A program made the translations under genes and the position numbers. A stretch of 57,382 nt of DNA from a virus (lineage: Duplodnaviria; Caudoviricetes): IMG/VR virus record IMGVR_UViG_3300012200_000006, positions 1 through 57,382 of that record; one strand, written 5' to 3'. The first letter of the stretch is position 1. Every line of letters starts with the position of its first letter. The notes beneath the pieces were generated by a model. It searched no databases and was not told the DNA's origin. It worked only from the letters and a program-made list of their open reading frames with translations. This document shows, one piece after another, positions 45,327-55,885 of this stretch.

Positions 45327-46807
45327 TACTGCCGCCTACCTGGAAGAGACTCACGATAGCTCTTGTAAAGATCAGGATTCTCTTCCGTGACCTTCGCTGC
45401 TGCCTGTGTAGCTGTCATTCCTTCGTTTTCCTCCATCGCCTTTGTGACGGCATTGGAGAATGCCTTTGCTGCTCCCTGACCTGTCGGGATATCGACATCC
45501 GAATTGGGATGTGCCACACTTGATCCCGATTCGCCGAAATCAACGACGTGCCCCTGTTGACCCGCAAGAGTCAGAATCTCTGAGACATCGTTGATGTTCG
45601 CCCGACCTTCTGAGAACGACTTGTGCAATGCTTCCAGCTTGTCGAGTACGACCTGCGAATATCCCTTACCTGTGACCTTACCCTCGGTATCGCGGATATT
45701 CGCGAACGACTCCGAGAATACCTTTGCTTCCCTCGCGCGATCCTTCGTCTCTAGTTCGGCGAGCTTGCGGGCTTGCTCGGGGTATGCCTCTGAAAACGCC
45801 TTACTCTCGGAGTGCATCTTGGCTGCTTCGCGAATCGGGGTGATTTCTGCGACAAGCTGCTCGATTGCACTCTCGATGGTGGTTTCAGAGTCAATCCCAA
45901 GAAGTTCCCTAAGACGTGACTCGTCCACACTATCCTCCGCGATCGTTATGCCCGGAATGCCGGGCGGTGTATCGACGCGACTACCACTATCTGCCGCATC
46001 ATCGTCATTTCTCTCGTCGAGGCGCTCAGGTTGCCCAGGTTCTGCGTGTTCCTGTGGAGCACTCTCTCCGGTTGGGGTAACATCGTCGGCCAATGGCTCA
46101 TCCTCCTTCGGAGATACTACACTTCCGGCAGGTTTCTCGACCATCAATTCCGAGAAGTTCAAGGGAACCATACCCTTGACCCAAGGTTGATTCGTTAGTG
46201 CCCCTCCCCTGAAAACGAACTCGAATGATTCCTGAGTCTGTGGATGAACCCACTGATCATAGTGCTCGCCAGAATGATACTTCCATTCCTTGTTATCGAT
46301 CTCTTGTTTGGCGATTTCAGTGAATTCCACAAGACCCCATAACCCGTCGAGACTCGGATCAGTATTGTCTTTCCTTACCTCTAGCTGACGATACCATCCA
46401 GCAGCCTTGGAACCTTTTGCTGCATCTAGTCCATGTTCGTAGCTGAGCGCGATTTCTTCGTTGTAGAGTTTGTTGTCGAAGCTCATTTTGAGAGCGTTAG
46501 CGATGCTTGGATCGATTGTTGTCTCAGTGAAATACGGATGATCCCAACTATCGAAGGGATAAATCTGAACCCAGAGCTTGTTATCGTCGATCCACTCTGG
46601 ATCTGAGAATTCTTTGAGATAGTTGACGATCGGCTCGCTCATACGCTTAGCCTCTGGGACGTGGACGTAAAGAGCGCGCTGTTGGGCAACTGCCTTAGCT
46701 TTGCTGACGTGACAGCGCCCATTGACTGCTCCTGTGACAGTATTCTTAACTGCCCAGGGCTTCTCTGCTGAACATGCTTTCTCATCCTTCACTACTCTCC
46801 ATGGCAT
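45326..46807 (-). CDS. Mu-like prohead protease / scaffold
   Basis: YEH...SKAAGW, GLWGLVEFT, WKYHSGE, GGALTNQP.VKGM; acidic scaffold tail. Confidence 0.85.
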   Translation of the reverse strand: MPWRVVKDEKACSAEKPWAVKNTVTGAVNGRCHVSKAKAVAQQRALYVHVPEAKRMSEPIVNYLKEFSDPEWIDDNKLWVQIYPFDSWDHPYFTETTIDPSIANALKMSFDNKLYNEEIALSYEHGLDAAKGSKAAGWYRQLEVRKDNTDPSLDGLWGLVEFTEIAKQEIDNKEWKYHSGEHYDQWVHPQTQESFEFVFRGGALTNQPWVKGMVPLNFSELMVEKPAGSVVSPKEDEPLADDVTPTGESAPQEHAEPGQPERLDERNDDDAADSGSRVDTPPGIPGITIAEDSVDESRLRELLGIDSETTIESAIEQLVAEITPIREAAKMHSESKAFSEAYPEQARKLAELETKDRAREAKVFSESFANIRDTEGKVTGKGYSQVVLDKLEALHKSFSEGRANINDVSEILTLAGQQGHVVDFGESGSSVAHPNSDVDIPTGQGAAKAFSNAVTKAMEENEGMTATQAAAKVTEENPDLYKSYRESLPGRRQ

Positions 46808-46952
46808 CGTTCATCAGTCTCCATCGTTCTTCAAGCCAGTAATCTACGAACTCGTAGATCGTGATTCTTTGGTTCTCTTTCCATTCCTCCCAATACCCCT
46901 GGATTATGAGATCACAGTCCTCCATCGTGTAGGGACTGGCTTGCGAACTCAT
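46782..46952 (-). CDS. Small Trp-rich protein (56 aa, not in track)
   Basis: Fills the portal-protease gap; MSSQASPYTMEDCDLIIQGYWEEW. Confidence 0.45.
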   Translation of the reverse strand: MSSQASPYTMEDCDLIIQGYWEEWKENQRITIYEFVDYWLEERWRLMNDAMESSEG

Positions 46953-46955
46953 GGT

Positions 46956-48317
46956 TTACCCCTGTGTTGGAGCCTTTCCCATGTTGCCCTGCCCACCACT
47001 AGTACCAACTCCACCTTGTTGGCCCTGTTGGTTCTGTTGCGGTTGGACGGGAGCAGGAGCAGGACGAGCTTCGAGTTTGAGAGGCATATCGAGAATCTTG
47101 CCTCTGACCCAATTCTCTGTTGCAAGGTCGGGAGTTAGGATTTCCTGGTTAAACATATTCGCGAGAGCAGAAGCGAACATCTGCAAGTCTCTCGATTGGC
47201 CGATGCTTCTAACCTTCAATAGCGGAATCCGATCGACGTTCGAGAAATTCCAGCGAACGAGGTTCGGAATCACATACATATTGAAGCAGTCGCAGATGAA
47301 CTCTGCGGTGTAGATCAGAGCTTTGTAGAAAACATCTGTCTGTTGTGACGCTGTAGCTCTAGATCCACTCTCTGTGAAGCCCTGCATCATAAATTCTGCC
47401 ATGACATTGAGCATGATCGCGGTATCATGGTATGATGCAGATTTCAGAGCATCGACTAGCTGACCTTCCGGCTTTGCGAATCCGATCTCATATCCTGGTG
47501 GAACCAGAAAGAAGGATCGCTCATTCGCGCGAATGTTCTGTAGAAGTTCGGTAAGGAACTTCTTATCGTCCTGAGTATAGCCAGGAGGTAGGGTACCGTA
47601 GGGCACGCCAACACCATGTCGTTCCTTCTGAATGGCATCGACGTTGTAGAGATGAGTCTTGTAGAACCAGTGGGGATATGCTGATCTTAGGATGCTATCC
47701 CCAAAGTAGGTATCACTATCTCCGAATGCGAAGATTACTGCTTTCGAGATATCTATTCGCTTCTCTGTTGATTTACCCTTTGAATCAATCGCATTTTGGA
47801 TGACAGTCTTTGGCCCACCATTGTCATCTGTCTCGATGTCCTTGATAGTCAACGCAGGACGGTAGCCCAACTTCTTAAGCATGATGTAATTCTTCGAGTT
47901 AGCATTGGCACGTCTCGGACGCCATTGTCTACGCTCGTAGACCGGCTCGAAAATGGAGAAACCATCTTGGTACATTCGGAGGACTCTGTTGAGAACATAC
48001 GTCCAAGGAGTTGATTTCATCGCTTCCATCAAGTTGAAATCGATGAATTCAGCGATATCTAGCTGTTGTGCGTCATCCTCTTCAGGATCGACGTAATAAT
48101 CAGCCCCAAGGACGTTTACCTTCGTAGTCGCCAAAGAGACGCGCGTTACCGCGTCAGTTCGCGCCATCTTAGTAAATGTTCTCAGACTTTGCTGCCGGCT
48201 GCCCAATTCAGGGACAAGTTCTGCGATTCTAATGTTGATCGCAGAACCAAGCTCCTGATCGAAAGCAGGCGGAGCCGCTTGGTCACCATTGGCATTGTAT
48301 GAGGTACTAGAAGCCAA
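46956..48317 (-). CDS. Portal protein (Mu gp29/DUF935-like)
   Basis: GFSIFE.VY, FG.SILRSAY.HW..K, ERHGVGVP, SGSRA, IPNLVRWNF. Confidence 0.88.
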   Translation of the reverse strand: MASSTSYNANGDQAAPPAFDQELGSAINIRIAELVPELGSRQQSLRTFTKMARTDAVTRVSLATTKVNVLGADYYVDPEEDDAQQLDIAEFIDFNLMEAMKSTPWTYVLNRVLRMYQDGFSIFEPVYERRQWRPRRANANSKNYIMLKKLGYRPALTIKDIETDDNGGPKTVIQNAIDSKGKSTEKRIDISKAVIFAFGDSDTYFGDSILRSAYPHWFYKTHLYNVDAIQKERHGVGVPYGTLPPGYTQDDKKFLTELLQNIRANERSFFLVPPGYEIGFAKPEGQLVDALKSASYHDTAIMLNVMAEFMMQGFTESGSRATASQQTDVFYKALIYTAEFICDCFNMYVIPNLVRWNFSNVDRIPLLKVRSIGQSRDLQMFASALANMFNQEILTPDLATENWVRGKILDMPLKLEARPAPAPVQPQQNQQGQQGGVGTSGGQGNMGKAPTQG

Positions 48318-49719
48318 CGTTTTGACCTAACGTAATGTTCCGGCGAGTATGGAAGAAAGTCTCAGCTTCCGTGCCAAGTTGAGAGGTATCATACGCATCC
48401 GCTAGGCTTGTTCCTGCTCCAAGGAAGAAGAACTGAGAAAAGAAGTATCTTAGGGCATCAGGGCCATGATCGTCGAAATCTACTTGCCCCTCTTTCGCGT
48501 TCTTCTCACCTTTTGCCTCAATGAAGCGAAGCCCTTGGAGTTGCCGGATTGTTTCATAACATGAGCGATCAAGGAATACCTTCGGGCGACCGTCTCCCTG
48601 GATCTTCATCCATCGCTTTACTGTTTCGATCCCGTTGAGCCATCCGATTTCCTGTGAGAATACTGCTCCGATGATCAGAGCCAGTGTAGCAGCCTCATCA
48701 GCACCTCTAGGGTCACCAAACCTACAATCAACATGATAACCGTCCGGGTTCTCACGAGTCTTTAGGTACTGCCCATGTTCCCAAGTTGTTTTTCCTCGCA
48801 CTTGATATTCACGCCACACGTAAACATTGTCGGATGGATCGACCATGATGTCGAGACATACGAATGGATCATTGAAACCATAGTCGAATACCTGGAAGTT
48901 ACGCCACATAGGATTGTAGGTAATGTCCTTGACGTGTGTTTCTTCCGAGAACTCGTCGTAAATCTGTCCCTGGAAGGTCGTGAATAGAGCAGCATATTCC
49001 TGCTTCCACCAAGCTTCAGAAGCTCTACGCTTGATGCGTTGCAGTTCTAGGTTCGCTACACCTTGTTCATCTGGCTCAGTGTTGATCGGATACTTGATCG
49101 TATTGAGCCATGATGGGTAACGCCAGGAATCGTAGTCAGGCTCTCCTGGATGCTGACCCAACTGCCACAAGCCTTGAACCCAGTTAAATCCTCGTGGAGT
49201 CGTAGGGAAACTCGCCCATCCCAACTCATCTGAGAGAGCAGGCTCGATATATGCCTCCCACGTCTCCAAACTGTGACGCGCCGACTCACTCATAATAACA
49301 CCCGACAAACCTTCGCCAAGTAGTGAGTCTTGATTCGTAGCTGAGACACATTCGAGAACAGTTCCCCAAGGGAACTCCATTCTCATATCGCCTTGCTTTG
49401 GGTTGTATGACTTCTTGATTCTTCGCGCCATGTTGAGCTTATCGAAGTCGCAGAACGCTTTGTAGATGACTCTGAATTCCTTTTCGGCGAGTTTGTAGGT
49501 AGGCCCAACAATCCAGTAGCGAACATCCGGAATAAAGCAGGCTTCGACCATATCTACCGCAGCCATCGTGGATTTACCGAAACGTCTGCCACAGATCGGG
49601 ATTCTAAACCGACCTTCTGAATCATGGAATGCCTGTTGCGCCTGCGAATGTGGCTTATATTTGATCTTCTGCCACAGTGTCTCGCGAACGATCGGAGCTT
49701 CACGGCGCACAGAAATCAC
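48307..49719 (-). CDS. terL: Terminase large subunit
   Basis: CGRRFGKS, WIVGPTY, GEGLSGVIMSE, TTPRGFNW, QEYAA.F, FDYGFNDP, DDHGPDALRY. Confidence 0.93.
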   Translation of the reverse strand: MISVRREAPIVRETLWQKIKYKPHSQAQQAFHDSEGRFRIPICGRRFGKSTMAAVDMVEACFIPDVRYWIVGPTYKLAEKEFRVIYKAFCDFDKLNMARRIKKSYNPKQGDMRMEFPWGTVLECVSATNQDSLLGEGLSGVIMSESARHSLETWEAYIEPALSDELGWASFPTTPRGFNWVQGLWQLGQHPGEPDYDSWRYPSWLNTIKYPINTEPDEQGVANLELQRIKRRASEAWWKQEYAALFTTFQGQIYDEFSEETHVKDITYNPMWRNFQVFDYGFNDPFVCLDIMVDPSDNVYVWREYQVRGKTTWEHGQYLKTRENPDGYHVDCRFGDPRGADEAATLALIIGAVFSQEIGWLNGIETVKRWMKIQGDGRPKVFLDRSCYETIRQLQGLRFIEAKGEKNAKEGQVDFDDHGPDALRYFFSQFFFLGAGTSLADAYDTSQLGTEAETFFHTRRNITLGQNVGF

Positions 49720-49903
49720 ACGTTCTCAAACGACGCCATTGTCCACAATTCTCACATACACCATCAGCCTCTATCCATTGTCTTGCTTTAACTTTGTTGT
49801 ATGTCGTAATTCCGTCATCAAGAACGATTGTTCCATCTTCATAGGCATAGATGACGCCGCCCGGAGTCCAGTCATCGATTTCGTTGGGAGCTTCGCGCCT
49901 CAT
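49700..49903 (-). CDS. Small Zn-ribbon protein
   Basis: CENCG...CDFC; ATGA coupling. Confidence 0.55.
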   Translation of the reverse strand: MRREAPNEIDDWTPGGVIYAYEDGTIVLDDGITTYNKVKARQWIEADGVCENCGQWRRLRTCDFCAP

Positions 49904-50208
49904 TCGTTAACATCGAATTCAAACGGGCCGAGTCGCGGAATCTCCGGCAGATTGTCGAAGTACACGAACAATTCATATGTTCCATTCGTGTATCCGTCGG
50001 GAGTCGTATCAACAAGACAATACAACGTCATGCCGATGACTGTGGCGCTTAGTGCGGTAAACAGGTACTCCGTACCGCCTTCTCGCCGAATATCGTATCT
50101 AGGAGTCAAGGTTTCGAGGTTGCTGACGTTATTCAGGCGATCCTTGACCTGCACGATGAGATGTTCAATCGTGCCCTTCGGCAGTTCTACTCTTTCACCT
50201 GTGATCAT
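49900..50208 (-). CDS. Small beta-sandwich protein (BppU N-terminal-like)
   Basis: ATGA coupling; beta-strand pattern. Confidence 0.55.
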   Translation of the reverse strand: MITGERVELPKGTIEHLIVQVKDRLNNVSNLETLTPRYDIRREGGTEYLFTALSATVIGMTLYCLVDTTPDGYTNGTYELFVYFDNLPEIPRLGPFEFDVNE

Positions 50209-53200
50209 TTCCAGAACCTTTCAGAGTATCTGCGAAATGGAATCTTCGCGATCCAGGAACGGAATACCTGTGTTACACTCCACTCCTTGAAGGATGCTGC
50301 GATGAACCGTCGATATGCTACCGCTGAGTATGCTCGACCTTGCATACGTGCGATAAGATCAACGAAGAGTCGGGTAAGTTGTCGGACGGCTAGAGTAGCC
50401 GACGCAGTAGCAGTTGTCAATAGCGAGACAACGGGGGATTTCTCGACCACCGCCACAGATGTAGCAACTGCTGTACGTGATGTTGTGAGAACACGCTCGA
50501 CTATCGGATTCATTACCACAGTAGACCAGATCGTGTTGGCAATTGACGAAGCGACCGTAGCCACTACCACAGATGTAGCATTAAGGCTCCTAGTAACGCT
50601 AGGAACCACAGAGGATGTGACGTTTGTAGTCGCGATATCGAGAATCCTTCCGATGTTTCTGATCACTCGCGGCACTACCACAGAGGTCGCGGTAATCGTT
50701 CTAGTAACGGAACGGGCCACAGATGCCACGACCACAGTGGTAACAGTCAGCGTCTTACTCGGTAATGTAGCGATTTTTGCGCTGGTACCCACAGTAGCTG
50801 CAATTGTCCGCGTGACAATGTTCGCCCCGCGCTGGATTGTTGCAACAGTCGCGGCACTACCGCTGATGGTACGAGATACCTTGCGAACCATCGCCGGCGC
50901 AGTAGTTACTAGCGCGATTAGCGAACGAACTATCAAAGAATTGATCGTTGCTTGGACAATGACGCTTGATGCCAATGACCTTACGAGACTACGCCCAACT
51001 CGCGGTATAATTGTCACACTTGCGACTAGTCTCCTTGACGTTGTGGTATCAACGTCAGAGGTTGTAGTTACTGCGCCGAACAGCGTATGAGCAGCGTTCG
51101 TCACTCTAGTTGTTGTTACAGTTACGCTAGCTGTCGTTGTTCTTGCGACATTCCTGATCGAAGTTGCCACACTACCCACAGTTGCAGAGAGTGTGATCCC
51201 TCCGCGCGTGATGTTTGGAATTCCCGTGGCACTAGCGGCTATTGTGTGCGATACGTTGCGGATCGTCTTTGGTACTGCGACTGCTACCGCGACTAGCGCA
51301 TGAGACACGCTAACTATCCGACTTGCCACAACAGCAATGCTTGCGGCTAGAATTTTCAGGGCAGTTCGTACAACTGTCGCGGTTGCAGTAGTAGTTGCCG
51401 AAAGTGTCCTCGATGATACTCGTCTAATCGCTCCAATTGCCGTTACTGTGGTAGAGAATGTACGTGCGCTCGCAACTGTCCGGGAAGCCACAGTTACCAC
51501 GGTTGTAGCTAACGTTTTCAAGGGATTCCTGATCGAAACCGCTGTACTGCCCACAGTAGCAGTCAAGACCTTGACGGCTGAGCGGGAAATCGTTGCAGTT
51601 GTTCCGACTACTGCACTCAGAACTCTTGTTACGACCAATCTTGCGGTAATCGAGGCAACTGTTGTGATGCTGGCAGACAATGTACGAATTGGCTGCTTTA
51701 TGATCGCGGGTGCAGTTACTGTGATCGCATTCAGGACTTTCGCCCCGGAACGTGTGAGCGTTGCAACTGTTGCCCCAACTCCTTGGAGTACCTTCCCAGG
51801 ACTTCGGATAACAGTTGCCGATGATATAGTAGTGACATTGAGGATTCTCTGTGGTGTCCTGCTAGCTGTCGGATTTCCTACTACAGTCAAGGAAAACGTC
51901 CGAGATGGTTGCTTGACTACCTTAGGACTACTGATGATAGCAGTAGGTACGAGGATTCTAGTCGGCGCTCGGACTATGCTCGGCGAACCTACGACTGTAG
52001 GTGCTAATACCTTCGTAGGGTTATGAATCAGTACGGGTGATCCCACTACACTTGCAGCGAGCGTAGCAGTTACCAAAGCTCCTGTCGAAATTGTCGGTAC
52101 ATAGAAAACGTCTGTATCAGCAGGCCAGTAGATCGTCGGAGCAGATAGAGCAGGGTAGTTGATTGCTGATCCAGCATCGCCAAAACCATGGATGGTTGCC
52201 GCATCTGCGTCGGAGAGTGTACCAGTACCAGCAGCTACCCAAAGAACTTCAGAATCGATGATAGCCCCTGTGCTACTAACAAAATCATCACCAATAGCGA
52301 GATTACTACCTGCAAAAGAGCCAGCTCCGCGTCCTCCGGAGGTAAAACTTGAGCCATTGTACGAAATATTTAAGTTACTGGCATTCCACGAAAAAGTGGC
52401 AGTTAGGACATCTCCTTCAGAGGGAGACGAAGAGGGAAAAAGAGTTGCAAGTCCGACTACACTTCCTCCAGAAATATTCTGGATTCTTAAGAAAGGAGTA
52501 GCGCCAGTTGCAAAGATTGCTAAGAAGAAGTTGCTGCTGTCTGCTCCAAATGTGAATAATCTACGGCTAACACTATCCACAAGAAAACTATGAGGCCGAA
52601 ATCGAAGGGAAATCCAACCTTGCGAAACTGACAACAACCTAGCAGGAACGTTAACATGACCGGCCGCTCGACTCGCAGAAGCTCCATTGGTCTCGATATA
52701 GGGAGTTGCATAGGGCTGTGCTTCGAATTGGACTCCATCTATATAAAAATCGTAAGGGTAAGTATTCGTGCTAAATGCTTGGTCGTTAATATTTATGGAA
52801 GCAAAAGCTGCATTACTTGGACTGGTTGCACTAATTGAATCACGTCGCCACGATCCATTACCAGTCAGAGTTCCGCTCGTACTGATAGAGATTATTGCAA
52901 GAGCAGATGTATACCATGTGATTTCAAGTCGATATTTTGAAGAACTTTTAATAAAAGCTGAACATATATAACTAGAAGATGGATTTACAGCGATTCTGTC
53001 AGATAGTGTGTTCTGATCTGCACTCGGTACAAGTAAATCCATACATGCATTGCCAAATTTACTATCCGTAGTTATACGTGTACCATTAGACCAACCAGTA
53101 ATATTACTCTCAAATCCGCCGTTAGGAACGAGGTTCGTGCTACTGCGCCATAGACCGTAGGAACTATCACCACCAGGCTTGACAAAGGTAAAGATTGGAT

Positions 53201-53804
53201 TTCCAGTACTAGGATCCCAAGTAGCTCCACTATCCGTACTTCTTTTAGATGTACCATAAGAAGTACCAGTTTGTGCGCTGACCGCAATGTAATTAGTTGA
53301 ATCCGTCGATCCACTACGATGTGCGGAGAGCCAGTAAGTCGTGCCCGCCTGCAATGTTACGTTAGTAAAAGAAACCATCCAGGTTTGATTCCCCGAAGAG
53401 GGTGGAGACGCTTCTGAAAAAGATGTAGTTGCTAGAAGTGAACCGGGGAAATCTGAACTATCTGAATAGATTTCAAATATGAGATTATCAGTTGGCGAAC
53501 CTTCCTTACTTATCATCAAATGCAAATCGAGTGAGGACGCTGACGTTGAGATACTAGAAACAAAAGATTGGGCTTGCCATACATTGTTGGTATGAAGTAG
53601 GCCCCAAGAAGTATTACCAGGAGTTGTTGGATCGAGGTAGCCTGCTATCGTCTGATTATAGAGGGCATCGCCATCTCGCCCAATAACGCGTGTGGCATCG
53701 TTGATTATTCCCCCCACAGGTGCGATTTTGAACCCTTGGGTACCGACCCAACTCGGGAACCTTCTGTTTCTGATTCTGGGAGGTACTCTTCTAAAGACAG
53801 TCAA
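50205..53804 (-). CDS. Large fibre/adhesin-like protein: carbohydrate-binding-like N-terminal domains plus about 31 x 18-aa T/V/A/S/R repeats
   Basis: NLVPNGGFE...IDGVQFE..PYATPYI; repeat stalk 50367-52061. Confidence 0.7.
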   Translation of the reverse strand: MTVFRRVPPRIRNRRFPSWVGTQGFKIAPVGGIINDATRVIGRDGDALYNQTIAGYLDPTTPGNTSWGLLHTNNVWQAQSFVSSISTSASSLDLHLMISKEGSPTDNLIFEIYSDSSDFPGSLLATTSFSEASPPSSGNQTWMVSFTNVTLQAGTTYWLSAHRSGSTDSTNYIAVSAQTGTSYGTSKRSTDSGATWDPSTGNPIFTFVKPGGDSSYGLWRSSTNLVPNGGFESNITGWSNGTRITTDSKFGNACMDLLVPSADQNTLSDRIAVNPSSSYICSAFIKSSSKYRLEITWYTSALAIISISTSGTLTGNGSWRRDSISATSPSNAAFASININDQAFSTNTYPYDFYIDGVQFEAQPYATPYIETNGASASRAAGHVNVPARLLSVSQGWISLRFRPHSFLVDSVSRRLFTFGADSSNFFLAIFATGATPFLRIQNISGGSVVGLATLFPSSSPSEGDVLTATFSWNASNLNISYNGSSFTSGGRGAGSFAGSNLAIGDDFVSSTGAIIDSEVLWVAAGTGTLSDADAATIHGFGDAGSAINYPALSAPTIYWPADTDVFYVPTISTGALVTATLAASVVGSPVLIHNPTKVLAPTVVGSPSIVRAPTRILVPTAIISSPKVVKQPSRTFSLTVVGNPTASRTPQRILNVTTISSATVIRSPGKVLQGVGATVATLTRSGAKVLNAITVTAPAIIKQPIRTLSASITTVASITARLVVTRVLSAVVGTTATISRSAVKVLTATVGSTAVSIRNPLKTLATTVVTVASRTVASARTFSTTVTAIGAIRRVSSRTLSATTTATATVVRTALKILAASIAVVASRIVSVSHALVAVAVAVPKTIRNVSHTIAASATGIPNITRGGITLSATVGSVATSIRNVARTTTASVTVTTTRVTNAAHTLFGAVTTTSDVDTTTSRRLVASVTIIPRVGRSLVRSLASSVIVQATINSLIVRSLIALVTTAPAMVRKVSRTISGSAATVATIQRGANIVTRTIAATVGTSAKIATLPSKTLTVTTVVVASVARSVTRTITATSVVVPRVIRNIGRILDIATTNVTSSVVPSVTRSLNATSVVVATVASSIANTIWSTVVMNPIVERVLTTSRTAVATSVAVVEKSPVVSLLTTATASATLAVRQLTRLFVDLIARMQGRAYSAVAYRRFIAASFKEWSVTQVFRSWIAKIPFRRYSERFWK

Positions 53805-53805
53805 G

Positions 53806-55050
53806 CTAGCGCCTCAATAGAGGATTGCGCGCTCTGCGTCTGTCTGTGTAAACCAACGACCGTGGAGGAGCATACTCGACTAGCGCGCCCATGAAATCAA
53901 CAGCAATTTCTGTTGTCGCGTTAGTTCGTTTACCAACGCGAAGGACAGGACTTGTGCCCTTAGCAACAGCGGGGTTATAGACAAATTGGGCGGGCGGAGC
54001 TACCCAATTCCAGTTTGTAGGGAAGGCACCAGGTGCGAAACCAGTCCAGCTAACAGTCGAAGCAGCACCAGCATTTGCCACTGGATTAGAAACAAGCTGA
54101 GCCGCCGCAGTAGCGTTTGCTCCAGAAACGTTCCAGATAGGCTGGACAATGTTCACTATATCAGTCGCACCGACACCAGCAGTCGTATATGTCGTAAGGT
54201 TCGCGTCGTAATTGCCCGTTGTGTCTTTGGTTATATTATGAAGTTGCGAAGTATTTGTACCAGTTGCAGCACCAGCAGGAGGAACGTTATTTACTGCGTC
54301 CCAAAGATTTGTTGTTCCACCAGCACCAGCTACCCAGTTTGCACCGCGAGCATTATCGGGGCTAATTGGGAGTAGCAGGACTACCTTCCCCTCACCTGGC
54401 CAAGTATTCTGTGCTGCTCCAGTATTGTCGTTCACTGCTAGATCATCTACGTAAAGGACGCTATTGGGCAAACCCGAGCCAGGAGCAGTACACCAGCCAC
54501 AGTTGAATACTGAACCTGGCGATGCAAAGGATGTCGATCCGCTCCATGCTGCGAACCTAGTACCATCAAGCCGCGCCTCTGCTGCTGTGTAGATTGTGAC
54601 AGTACCGCTGATAGTAAATGACATTTCGACACAATGCCAAGCATTGTCATTTACCACAGCAGTAGAATCACCTTGTGCGGCACCACCAGCGAAACAACGT
54701 AGAACTCCACCCGTAAAAATGGTAATAAAGGGGGCGGAACCACCCATTATTTGTGGCGAAATACCGCCCGGCACTAGTGTTGTCCGGATGTAAGCGCGCA
54801 TTAAGTATGTCGTGTTTATTGCAAGCGTAACATTCGTTCCTAAATGTGATGTTACGTTAGCCGCACTATCACACTTAAAGCAAGCAGCACCCGATCTAGC
54901 GTTAGCTGTATCTCTTGTCGGGACATTGCCAGTTCCGTTAACCGCAGTCCAGCCCATGCTAGAAGCCCATGTAGAATCGGCAAAGGCTGCTGCCATACCT
55001 TCAGCACCATCGGTACGAAGTCTAGACACCGCAACCGCACCCAAAGGCAC
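53806..55050 (-). CDS. Putative structural/appendage protein with LamG-like domain
   Basis: WHCVEM, ARLDG, YVDDLAVND; Ala/Gly/Thr-rich. Confidence 0.6.
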   Translation of the reverse strand: MPLGAVAVSRLRTDGAEGMAAAFADSTWASSMGWTAVNGTGNVPTRDTANARSGAACFKCDSAANVTSHLGTNVTLAINTTYLMRAYIRTTLVPGGISPQIMGGSAPFITIFTGGVLRCFAGGAAQGDSTAVVNDNAWHCVEMSFTISGTVTIYTAAEARLDGTRFAAWSGSTSFASPGSVFNCGWCTAPGSGLPNSVLYVDDLAVNDNTGAAQNTWPGEGKVVLLLPISPDNARGANWVAGAGGTTNLWDAVNNVPPAGAATGTNTSQLHNITKDTTGNYDANLTTYTTAGVGATDIVNIVQPIWNVSGANATAAAQLVSNPVANAGAASTVSWTGFAPGAFPTNWNWVAPPAQFVYNPAVAKGTSPVLRVGKRTNATTEIAVDFMGALVEYAPPRSLVYTDRRRARNPLLRR

Positions 55051-55366
55051 AAGGCTTGATTACACCAGTATCACGGCACATCTTTGGTCTGTTCTCGTAA
55101 TCCATGCAGAGCCGTGTTTTGAAGTTCCAGTGTTTACACGACAAGTAGAATTCGTTGGGATCTGGCTCCCATTCAGTGAATCCCCATTCACGATGACAAT
55201 CTCTCGCGTAATCTGGGCCTACCCAGATCAGCATGTCACGGATGTATTCCCCATCCGGCACCTTTTCCGGTTCCTTCGATAGTACCTTGAGGACATCCAC
55301 AGGTAAATGGAAACATTCGCAACAACGTGCGAGGCATTCGGCCACAGGGCTTACGGGATCAGCCAC
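55022..55366 (-). CDS. YkgJ-family cysteine-cluster protein
   Basis: CLARCC...SCKHW...RLCMDYENRPKMCRD. Confidence 0.75.
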   Translation of the reverse strand: MADPVSPVAECLARCCECFHLPVDVLKVLSKEPEKVPDGEYIRDMLIWVGPDYARDCHREWGFTEWEPDPNEFYLSCKHWNFKTRLCMDYENRPKMCRDTGVIKPCAFGCGCGV

Positions 55367-55369
55367 AGA

Positions 55370-55873
55370 TTAAGGAAGCTCTCTGACGTAAATCACACCG
55401 GAACAGAGGATCGCATCTGCGGGCGTGCTGAGAAGTCTAAAGACCAATGCCTCCGGATTGGCAACCATGATCCTATGCTCGGGTGGTGGTAGCCAAACGT
55501 AAGGGATTCGAACATTCCATCCATCAGGGTGGATTGTCCTTATCGTACCCGAAGTGGTCGCTACTCCAGTGTCATTCGTTCTTCCTGTAAAAGACGCGGC
55601 AGTATCGTTCACTTCCACAGGGCCTAGGGTCGTAGCTGTAGATGCCGCTCCACCCGTACCCACAGTAACGGCAGTTGGGAGTCTATCTATAACGACCCTC
55701 AGCAATTCTTCCTGCGCATCGCCGGCGTCTGCTGTACCCCCAACATTATTGAGGTAGATAGCCTCAGCTACGCACATCTTATCCGCGGCAGGCTTGATGT
55801 AGAACAAATCTTGCGCGGCCGCGATTGAGACGTTCTCGAATACAAGGCTGTAGAGCCTACCTAGACCGATCAT
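55370..55873 (-). CDS. Putative structural protein
   Basis: Beta-rich; lies in the late operon. Confidence 0.65.
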   Translation of the reverse strand: MIGLGRLYSLVFENVSIAAAQDLFYIKPAADKMCVAEAIYLNNVGGTADAGDAQEELLRVVIDRLPTAVTVGTGGAASTATTLGPVEVNDTAASFTGRTNDTGVATTSGTIRTIHPDGWNVRIPYVWLPPPEHRIMVANPEALVFRLLSTPADAILCSGVIYVRELP

Positions 55874-55885
55874 GCTCTTGACCGA

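Noticed and set aside
50161-52593. Long + strand ORFs (50161-51090, 51337-52026, 52159-52593)
   Set aside because: Antisense shadows of the T/V/A-rich repeat gene; no SD and against the operon direction.
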